Part shown: piece after piece, positions 51,648 to 62,300 of the stretch
How positions within the stretch are numbered: the first letter of the stretch is position 1
Layout: every line of letters begins with the position of its first letter
Source: Puccinia triticina
Lineage: Eukaryota
Direction of reading: 5' to 3'
Assembly (NCBI GenBank): GCA_026914245.1
Contig: CP110440.1
Location: 744,001-808,000, forward strand
DNA: 64,000 nt
Notes under the pieces: generated by a model
Database searches by the model: none
What the model was told of the DNA's origin: nothing
What the model saw: only the letters and a program-made list of their open reading frames with translations
Position numbers and translations under genes: made by a program

Positions 51648-53702
51648 ATGTCTCTCGTCACCAAGGAAGAAGACTCCAAGTCCAGCCGGACAGAACCCCA
51701 GAACAATGGACTGACGAAGTCATTCGAATCGAGTGAGTGAACACCATCCTATTCGACCAGTATCGCTCGCTCGGATACCAGCTGACTTTCTCATTTTGTT
51801 GTAGATCTGCGTACCCATCTTGGCTTGTTATCCAAAGCCGTCGAGTTGTCTGAACCGAGATTCACGTATAGAGTCCTCAGGTGCTTGACAGCCACGAAAA
51901 AGAAATTTCAGGCCCCTGATTCTAATGCAGCCGAAGCGACCCTCAAGCTAATCATCGACATAGGATTGCCTTCTAGTAAGCCATTCCGCCAATCTGCGTC
52001 ATCAAGCGCTTCTAATATGAATTAACCTTGAGCCGCTGCCTAAATCTTCCATCAGACTCCAAAATCAAGCCTTTGTTGTTACCCCATCTTCAATCTGTCA
52101 CTCAAGCCGAATCTAGTGAGATGCAAATTGATCCTATTCCATCCTCCAACGCCAACGCCAAGCCGTCAAGTGCTGCTAATGGAGCCACCAAGCCTTCAAA
52201 AGATTCTCCACCTCTTCCCGATCCTTCCTCACAAGCCGAGCATGAAACCTACTTATCCCTACTGGTCCTGATCTTCTTGATCTCGCGTGGTGCACCAAAT
52301 CGATCTGGATTCGAGTTGACCCATCGTTTGGTGACTGATTTCTTACCGCACCATAACCGACGATCACTCGACCCATTGGCGGCCAAGATATGGTTCTACC
52401 ATGCTCGTTTTGCTGAGCTACTCCAGCAGGATGGCAGCCATCCCGGTCTTTGGGCGAACCTTAGATCCAGCTTGATGTCCGCCCATCGTACCGCCCGCTT
52501 GAGACGTGATGAGGATAGTGAGGCTACGCTCTTGAACCTCATCGTTCGCAATCTATTGGCACACGAGCTATGGGAACAGGCCGATCGATTGGTCAGCAAG
52601 ACCGAGTTCCCCGACTTTGGAAAGACCGAAGCAAGTGTGGGTGCTGGTGGGATGGTACCTACTGGACAAGTGGCCCGTTGGCTTTACTATCTAGGTAAAT
52701 ATGCTACTGATTTGATGTCTCCTCGGTGCCATTACCATTACAGCGTTCTGATAGATCACATCTTTCATTATCTTCATTTTCAGGTCGCATTCGCACGATC
52801 CAGTTGAACTACACCGAGGCCCATACCCATCTTCAGCAAGCTATCCGCAGAGCTCCACCGGCACAGATTGCCCCTGGGTTTTGGCAAACCACTCACAAGT
52901 TGTTTGTCGTTGTTGAACTTTTGATGGGCGATATACCCGACCGCGCTTTGTTTAGAGGGCCAGTGTTGAAGAAATGTCTGCAACCGTATTTTGAAATCGT
53001 TCAAGGTGTGCACCCCTTTATTTTCAAAATCAGGCGTTAGTGTTTGCGGGGAAAATCGTTAACCATTTTTATGTTTTCTAGCTGTACGAGTCGGTGACAT
53101 CACCAAATTCGAACAAGCCTTAAGTACTCATTCGAGCCGATTTTTAACCGATGCGACCTATACGTTGATCTTGAGACTGCGACATAACGTGATCAAGACC
53201 GCGTTACGAACGATTTCATTAGCTTACTCCAGAATCAAGTTGAAGGACGTCAGTTTGAAGTTAAAACTTGATAGCGAAGAAGATGCAGAGTATGTCGTTG
53301 CCAAGGCAATCAGGGACGGTGTTATCGAGGCTAGGTTGGACCGATCAGGCGGGTGGATGGTTAGTAAAGAAGTTAATGATATCTACTCTACCAGCGAACC
53401 TCAAGAAGCGTTCCACCAAAGAATCTGTAAGTTTCCTTCATTCTAAATCATGTAACACCATCAGCCATTCTCTTTTCGGATACTCAAGCGCTGACGTCTT
53501 GGTCTATCTTCTTTCCTTCCCAGCTTTCTGCTTGAAATTGCACAATGAAAGCTTGGAGGCGATGAGGTTTCCTTTGAACCAACATTCTAAGGAGCTAGCT
53601 TCCGCCGAAGCAGCACGAGAAAGAGAACGGGAATTGGCCTCCGAGATCTTAACCGGGGACGATGTTGATGGTGATGACGATGATCTTGGGGATGCCTTTT
53701 GA
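51648..53702 (+). CDS. RPN3: 26S proteasome regulatory (lid) subunit Rpn3/PSMD3
   Basis: Motifs [91 protein letters not shown] and [16 protein letters not shown] introns. Confidence 0.96.
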
Positions 53703-54247
53703 TCGATTGGCTGTTTTAATCAGATGGATTCATATTACTCCCTCACTCGGTTCTGCTTCCTTCGCACCGTTAAAAAAACACACTCCTAAAACCATGATCA
53801 GCTCAATGTTAATCTCAATTTATCAATTCCCTCTTGTTTGTTAGCTTGTTTTTTGCCTTCTTCTCTCGTGATAGATGAATGTGATTTTTTTCTCTATCCT
53901 TTTCGGCTCTCTGCCTTCTGGCAGCGGCCCTTGCAAGTATGTACTGAGCTCGCCGACGATGCTGTACAACCTCGCCATACCTCCCCTCCCGGTTGACAAG
54001 GCTGTATAACCTCGCCAAAGGAGAAGAATCCCGCCTTTCGCTGAGGCTGTACAACCATGTCGACTAGGAGGAATTCCTCTTGTTCGACAATGTTATAGTA
54101 CTTCGTCGAGTAGCAGACCGGAGTCCTTCCTGACCCCTGCGCAGTGGTTACAGCCAGCAATGGGCCACTGCACTACACTGATGCTCTTGGACAATCACTG
54201 TTAGTGTAGCCATTTTATTGACTATCAAATTCATGTTATTTGTTATC

Positions 54248-54434
54248 GTGAATGATAATAAATGAAAAAAATGAATCCCAAAATCCATCCTAAATTTTAG
54301 TGGGCAGTGAAAAAACATCAGACACTGTTTTTTGTTGCCTGCAGTACAAATTTGCATTTTTTGATGTGTTTTCACTGCCTGCTAAAATTTAGGATGGATT
54401 TTGGGATTCATTTTTTTCATTTATTATCATTCAC
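54248..54434. repeat. About 190-bp AT-rich palindrome (MITE fragment)
   Basis: gtgaatgataataaatgaaaaaaatgaatcccaaaatccatcc and its reverse complement ending at 54434. Confidence 0.7.
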
Positions 54435-55497
54435 CTCACATGTCATTCTAATGATTCTGATTATTCATGATTTTTTGGAATAGTATTAAAGATTTTCCAA
54501 AATTGTCATTTAATAAGGGGGTTCACGATTGGATTTCACCAGCAACTTTTTATCACCTCACCAGTAGAGATGCGCACGCTGTGCAATTAAATTTTTTGCC
54601 TCACACCAGGAGGATTTTTTGTCGGCTGAGCAACGGAAACGTACTGGTGCCCATCACACCATGAACCTGGGCGGGTCAAGACCGGCCATCAATCTCACAC
54701 ACCTCAACTGATGAAAGGCTGATCATTGGGCCAACCAACACCCATACATGCACCCCACTCAATGACCAACCTGGCCATTGGGGGGATACATACTCCACTC
54801 AATGACTTTGGGTCATCAAGTGGATCACCTCTACCCAGTCATTGAGTGGGTACACACTCCATTCAATGACCCGATTGGGTCATCCATCCCGACTTGATGG
54901 CTGGACCAGGTCATCAAGTGGACAAATACACTCCACTCAATGGCTGGACCGGGTCATTGAGTGGATACACACTCCACTCAATGACCAAACCGGTCATTGA
55001 GTGCAAACTACTCGACTCAATGACCGGATTGGCCATCAAGTGGATAGCTACTCCACTCAATGACCGGATTGGCCATCCAGTGGATAACTACTCCAATCAA
55101 TGACCAACCCGGTCATTGAGTGGATACACATTCCACTCAATGACTGGATTGGCCATCAAGTGGATACACACTCCACTCAATGACCGGATTGGCCATCAAG
55201 TGGATACACACTCCACTCAATGACCAGATCGGCCATTGAGTGGATAACTACTCCACTCAATGACCCGGTCCGGCCATTGAGTGGGCTACCCGCTCCACTC
55301 AATGACCCGGTCCGGCCATCAAGTGGATAACATTGGGTCATTGAGTGGAGTAGTTATCCACTCAATGGCAGATCTGGTCATTGAGTGGAGTGTGTATCCA
55401 CTTGATGGCCAATCCGGTCATTGAGTGGAGTGTGTATCCACTTGATGGCTGATCCAGTCATCAAGTGGAGTAGTTATCCACTTGATGGCCAATCCGG

Positions 55498-56958
55498 TGT
55501 GAGAATGAAAGCAGGTTAGTTGGTTAAGAATGTCTGCTAACCGCCTCCTTCAAGAATATTGATGTCCGGGTTGTGTGATTGTCGGTAACTTGGCTCCGCA
55601 CTGCTACTTTCCGCTAGCCTTCAGCGCTCCTCTACTGAGCCTGATCTATAGCGTAATAATCCGCAAGTGACTAAAGCTCCGCACTTCATAAGCACAAGAA
55701 TCTGCAAGTAACTCTCAAAGTAAAAGTAAGATCCCAACAATCTCCTAATAACTCTAGTACGTCCGTAGTTGTAAGTACAATGATGAGTAATCGTAAGATG
55801 ATGTTTGGATAATAGGATAAGGTAAAGAAGAGAAAGAGAATCCGTCCCCCCGTCCTTCCCTCCACGCACGTTGCCGTTCCCACCCAGTCCTGCACTAGTC
55901 CTCCAGCTCCGCCCGCTTTCCTGCTCATCACTTTCCCAGACTCCGCTCCTCTCCGACGCTTGTCCTCCCACCGTCCTCTGTCTAGCCCCCGTCAGTCGTT
56001 CTCTTGCCACCACCTCCACCCCGGTCCCACCCGCTGGTGGAACCCGCTTCAGCTGTCGTGGTTCACCCGCTGACGCGCCGCTGCTACCAGCGGTGGGCAG
56101 ATACGTTACCCATCTGGGTAACGCTGCCCGTAACGTAACTAATTACGTTATGTTATCGCCTAGTTACGGATAACTGGGGGAGCGAGTACGTTACCCAATT
56201 CAAATATGGGGGTAACACAGGACCAGTTACGATAACGGGTATCGTAACTGTACTAGTTATTCGTTATCCAGTGCCTTGAACAATGTGATATAGTCGAGTC
56301 AGCAGGGGTCAGTCTGGTGCCTGCTGCCTCTGCTGCGCTCCGCGCGTTCAATTCCCCACTTTGTCGCTCATTAATCAAGGTTTTTTGGACCCCGGTTCCC
56401 ACCAGGACCATAAAAGCGCTGTATTTTAAGTTCAGGGTATCGTAACGCGCCAAATTTAAGTTACGGGTGCAGTAATCACCACACCGGTACGTTATTGGGG
56501 CTGTAAAAACTCGCATAGGAAATTTAGTTACAGTACGTTACTTTACTTGCATAGTGGGGTTACGTTATCCAAAACGAAGCAAGTTGGATATTCAAAAAAG
56601 TTACGGTATCCAAAATGACCACCCTAACGTACCGTAACGTATCTGCCCACTGCTGCTGCTACCAGTCCACGTGTGTAGTCCTGCCTCAGCCCAGCCCTGT
56701 CTTTTCCGCTCCGATCAGAATACCCAATCCGAAATCCGCGATCCGAAATCCGCGATCCGAAATCCGTGATCCGCAATCCGCAATCCGTGCATTCCAGTCC
56801 GCGCGTGACTTTCCATAAGCTTTCTTAGCGTGCTTTCCTGACCTCATCCTCAGTGCTTATGTCACCGGAATGCACTCTGCCTGAGCGGCTTTGTGCATTC
56901 CCGCCCGAGCTATCCCCGCGTGGACATTCTACCGCGCTCGCCTATATAAATCACCACA
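55498..56958. mobile_element. Solo LTR-like element, copy 2, 4-bp CCGG TSD, containing a MITE
   Basis: Homologous to 8513-9389; ccgg at 55494-55497 and 56959-56962. The empty host unit aatccggtcattgag is visible at 55411. Confidence 0.88.
56088..56655. mobile_element. hAT-like MITE with 7-bp TSD, related to the element at 1471
   Basis: 22-bp TIRs cagcggtgggcagatacgttac / gtaacgtatctgcccactgctg. TSD ctgctac at 56081-56087 and 56656-56662. Empty site visible at about 9111-9125. Confidence 0.92.
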
Positions 56959-58321
56959 CCGGTCATTGAGTGGAGTAGTTTGCACTCAATGACCGGGTTG
57001 GTCATTGAGTGGAGTGTGTATCCACTCAATGACCCGGTCCAGCCATCGAGTGGAGTGTATTTGTCCACTCAATGACCTGGTCCGGCCATCAAGTTGGGAT
57101 GGATGAACCAGTTTGGTCATTGATGGTCATCAAGTCAAGTAGTTATCCACTCAATGACCGGCTAGTTCATCAAGTGCAATGACCGGCTAGGTCATCAAGT
57201 GGAGTGTGTGCAGTCAATAAACACTCCACTCGATGACCTGGGTTGGTCATCAAGTGGTGTTTGTGTGTGTCCAATCACCGGTGTTGGGGAAGAGTTGAGT
57301 GTGTACTCAACCCAATGACCTGTGTTGACCGGCTATCAGATGGAGTTGTGCATTCCAGGTGATGACTGGTATCAACCGGTCATCAGAAGGGGTGCCGTAA
57401 AATTTTGCTGGTACCTGTTGGGTGACCAGCAAAGTTTTATCACTTCTGGTGGTAATTTTATGGCCCAAATTTGCACCATCAAGCAAAATTTTATGGGGCC
57501 ACCAGCAACCAAAAATCCAATTGTGAACCCCCCTAATGAAAGAGAATTTATAAATTTTTGAGTTTTCCAAAAACGTTTTATTTTGTTATATTCATTCTTC
57601 TACAGTAATTTCACACATCCATTTTCCAATCCTCATGACTTCACGTCTGTTGGTTGGGCTTCGGGAATGAGCTTTTGGGGGTTTGGATATTTCTGTCAAG
57701 GTACTGTACATGCCAAAGTTCACGGCATGTTGATTGGCTTGATGGTTTGAGAGTTACAAGTGTCTCAGTTGCAAAAAGGCAAAAAAAGCCACAGTACTTG
57801 GGCCACGGCTGGGAATTTACTCACAAGCCCCTCTTTCAGAGGCTTGCTTTGCTTTGGTGCGCCGGCTCCCCCGGCCCCTGAATTTTGAAACAAGGGGATT
57901 GTGCTAAGCTAGGGGCCCCTGTGGCGCTGTGAATGTATGCAAATTGTTTGGCTGCTCACAAACTTAACCCAAGTCCCTCGCTGCTGCAGGAATCTGGTCT
58001 TGCAAAGCAATCCTCCAATAGCCCTTGGTAGGAGGGACTTGCATGCTATTGCCCCTTTTTGGTGTGCCAATATTCTGAGTTTGGCTGGGTGGTTTCTTCA
58101 AACCATCACAGTTCATTTCCCTCAGAACTTAAAGGCCTAAAAATTTGCATGGCATGAAGCCTTGCTTCTTGCCTATCATCCCATACAATCTGAGTTCTGT
58201 TGCACTATTTCTTCAAGTACAAATAAATTATCCAAGTAACTCAAACCTTGGAGTTTACTGAAGCCAAGTAACAGAGAAGATCTGTGCTCAATGAATTCAT
58301 ACACATTTTTTTGACTTACAG

Positions 58322-58504
58322 TTATGGTGTTCAAAGTTGGTTTGCACAATTTTATGCATGCATAAATCATAAAATCATAAAATATTTTTTGCAGGGGAGA
58401 TGACTGTCTGATTATGTAATACAAAATTTCCTCACCAAAATATTTTTATGATTTTATGATTCATGCATGCATAAAATTATGCAAACCAACTTTGAACACC
58501 ATAA
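58322..58504. repeat. About 180-bp palindromic MITE-like repeat
   Basis: atggtgttcaaagttggtttgca...tgcaaaccaactttgaacaccat. Confidence 0.7.
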
Positions 58505-58603
58505 TTCAACGCTCTGAGCCCTTGATCGCCAGCACAGACTGGCCATTGAGACCATGCAGCCCTCTGGATAACCGGTACAGACTGGTCATCAAAGGGATAT
58601 GTA

Positions 58604-59272
58604 CAGTGGGTCATCTAATGTTTTTGGCACCACATTTTTGAATGCAGAAGCTCAGGCCACAGCCTTCAAGTCATGAGATTGGCTACAGGGGTGGAAAATA
58701 AGTTCCAAAGAATGATTATGAAATAAAAAAAAGTAAAAATAAAAAAATGAAAAATGTGGAATTTTTTTAATTTCTTGCAAATTTCTCAGAATGCTCATTG
58801 CTGTTCAAACCAAGGGGGGAAAATTAGAGAGCACAATATGGAGAATGATAAAAAATGAAAATTTTTGAAACCATTGCCAATGATTTTTATTGGATAAAAT
58901 AAATTGAGTCAAATTAGTGGTGATTTGGGCTACAGTCCCTGAGTTCAAATGAAATTGGTTGATAACCCATCCACCCAAAAAATCATTGAAAATGGTTTCA
59001 AAATTTTTCATTTTTTATCATTTTTTTTGTATGCCACACTTTGCTCTCCAATTTTCCCTCCTTGGTTTGAACAGTAATGAACATTCTGAGAAATTTGCAA
59101 GAAATTAAAAAAATTCCACATTTTTCATTTTTTGATTTTTACTTTTTTTTTATTTCATAATCATTCTTAGGAACTTATTTTCCACCCCTGTAGCCAATTT
59201 TATGAATTAAAGACTGTGGCCTGAGCTTCTGCATTCAAAAATGTGGTGCCAAAAACATTAGATGACCCACTG
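58604..59272. mobile_element. Tc1/mariner-type palindromic MITE
   Basis: ta|cagtgggtcatctaatgtttttggcaccac...gtggtgccaaaaacattagatgacccactg|ta; arms of about 300 bp. Confidence 0.9.
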
Positions 59273-59360
59273 TACAATCTCTCAATGAACGGTCTGTGCC
59301 GGTCATCAAGGGGACTCAACCTGGCTTGCGGGTTCTCTTTGGAGACATATGAGGTAGATT

Positions 59361-62300
59361 TGTTGTCAGAAATGTTGGGACAGTTGTTGCTAATGCTTGT
59401 TTGGGTGTTGCCTTGCTTTCATTCATCTCATGAGTTCTCTACTCACCGGCACAGTGGTGAGCACGGTCCTCAAATCTAGCTACACCGTAGGTAAGGCAGG
59501 GTAATTGAATGAGGGCCCGTGCTCTGTGTTGCAGTGATGAATGCCTGAGTTCTCATTGTTCCTCCCTGCCCGCCTCTTGACTCCCTGATACTCCAAATGT
59601 GGAGTTTGCACACCCCACCTCTCAACACCCCCCCTCAAACTCCACACCTCTAAGTACAATAAGAGAGCTAAAAAAAATGTGAAACGAAAATGAGACATGA
59701 GGGATGTGGAAACAAGATTTGAGTCAGAAGAGGAAAATTAGAAATGGAAAAAACAATTTAGAAATGCAGAAATTCAGCTTGATAAGATCTTCGCCATTAA
59801 GTTGGAGTGGATAGTCGCCCGTACTGGTTTCGTGAGGAAATCGGCTATGTTGGTGTTTGTTGATACCCATTGAAGGTTGATGTTTTGTTCTCGGACTGCG
59901 TCGTTTACAAAGAAAAAATTCCGCTCGAGGCTCTTCATTCTGCCCTTCGATGCATTATCGTCCGAAACTAAAACTGCCGCTCGGTTGTCACATTTGATTG
60001 TTATTGAAGGCTTCTCGTCTAGCGAATGGATGATTGGAATTAGAAAAAGCAGGAAATCCACCGATGATCCCAATGAAATGAACTCCGCGGCGCAAGTCGA
60101 AGTCGCCACAACTTTCTGTCTTCTCGATCCCCACGCCACAGGACTATTGAACATTGTTATCACAAAGCCTGAGGTCGAACGCTGGAATTCCCCCCCCCAG
60201 TTCGCATCCACCCAAGCCACTAGTTCATCTCCGGAGGGTTTTAGTCGTAGTTGCTTAGATTTTGTTGTGTCGATGTACTGAACCAGATGTGAAAGCTCTT
60301 TCCAGTGTGTTTCGTTGGGGTTAGAGCTGAATCTTGCCAAATAGTTGACCGCGAAGCTGATGTCCGGCCTCGTACCCAGAGCCAGATAGTTTATTGAGCC
60401 AATCAGTGACTGGTAAAGGGTCACCGACATTGGATCACCCCATGATGTAGTGAGATTATCGCCGGATAGTGGAGTGTACGTCGGTACCAAAGTCTTGCAT
60501 ACTTTAGATTTGAATTTCGATACCAACTGGTCGATCAGGAGATGTTGGCTAAGGAATATCGCATCGTCTTCATAATCCAGACAAATGCCGACTAGTTTGT
60601 CGGGTTTGGCGTCCCATTTGACACGTAAGGTTGCTTCCATCTTCTCCCTAAGTAAGTCGATGTCTGCCTGATTTGATCCGAAAACTATTCCGTCGTCCAC
60701 ATGTATCCATACAATTATGACCGACTTCTCGCGTTTGTACCGATATAAGCATTCTTCAACTTCGTCGCATTCAAAACCCCAGCCATGTAAAAGTCCCTTG
60801 AAATGTTTCCACCAGCAGCGGCTGGCTTGCCGCGTCCCGTATAATGCTTTCTTGAGCTTGAGTACTTTCCCCGCCAGTTCTGGGAATAATTCAACCGGAG
60901 GGTCGACATAGATAGTCTCTTCTATCGGGCTGTGAACGAATGCCCCGGTAATGTCGAAAGAATTAATCACCCATTTGTTCTTGATGGCAAGATTAAGAAG
61001 CATTCGGAGAGTCGAAAGGGAAGCCGTGGGCGCAAATGTAGACCGAACGTCCTTGCCTAGTCGTTGTTTGAAACCACGGACCACAAACCTCGCCTTGAGC
61101 TTGTTTACTGAACCGTCAGCATTGCGTTTGATATCGAAGACGAAACGTGTTCCAATCGAGTGTTTGTCCTCCTTGTCTTGTACCTCAAATGTGTCGATGT
61201 TGGTTAGTTGGTTCCATTCTGTCATGCACGCATTTCGCCACTCGGAAGAAGACGATGATCTTAGCGCAGCTTTTAGTGTTGTTGGTATTTCAGAGTCTGA
61301 TACGGCTTGGATGTTGTCAATGCAGGAGTCCTGGGCCTCGCATATCTCGGATGTCTTTTCTTTTCCCAGTGTCAGAACTCTACGAACAATCTGATTATTA
61401 GCCAATGAATCTGGAGTTGGAAATAAAGGTTTCCCCCGGAAATCAAGGAAACTGGCACACTCTGAGTTTACCACCTTGCGTGTCGATGGATTCCAGAAGA
61501 ACCATCCCCTCTCATCATCCTGGTAGCCTACGAGGTAGCCAGTCCAGCCGCGTTGATCCAGTTTTTTCCGGCGTTCCTTGGGAATGTGAACTGTCGCGCG
61601 AGACCCGAAAGGATAAAAGGTGTGTGCCATTGGCTCCCGGCCACACCACATCTCAAGAGGTGATGTCTTGCAGCGTTGATTGGACAGCCGATTTACTAAG
61701 AAACACGCACAGCAATATGCGTGGGACCAGAGTGTGGACGGTAGCGCCGAGTGTGCAAGTGTAGCTCGTGCTATGTTGCCCAGTGTTCGATTGAGGCGTT
61801 CTGCTTCTCCGTTTTGCTCGGGTGTGTAAGGCGATGTGAATATAATTTTACAACCAACTGAATCAAGGTAATTCGCCAGCGGTTCAACGGTGTACTCTTT
61901 AGCATTGTCGCATCGAATAAACCTTGGGGCCGAGTTGAAGTGATTGACGATCTTCTTCACTAGCACAGATATAATGGAAGGAACCTCCGATCTTGTCTTC
62001 ATGGGATAAACGAACGAGTATGTTGTGGCGTGATCTCGTACCGTCAGTAGAAAACGATTGCCATTGATGTCGGGGTCGAATGGTCCCATGACATCCGTTA
62101 CAAGAAGATCAAGACGGTCGTCCCGCGGAATGACTTCCGGAAGTGAATGGCGTCGACGTTCGCTCTTGGTGTGTTTGCATGTTTCACAAATGAAAGGCTG
62201 CCACGTTTTTAGGTCGAATGACGGCACAAATCTACGAAGAAATTCTTTTACAATTGGATCAGATACGTGTCCGAGGCGACAATGCCAGTCGTATGATGGT

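Larger units (their letters stand above)
54517..57533. mobile_element. PIF/Harbinger-like non-autonomous element carrying 41-bp repeat arrays; host of nested insertions
   Basis: taa|gggggttcacgattggattt ... aaatccaattgtgaacccccc|taa. Confidence 0.7.
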
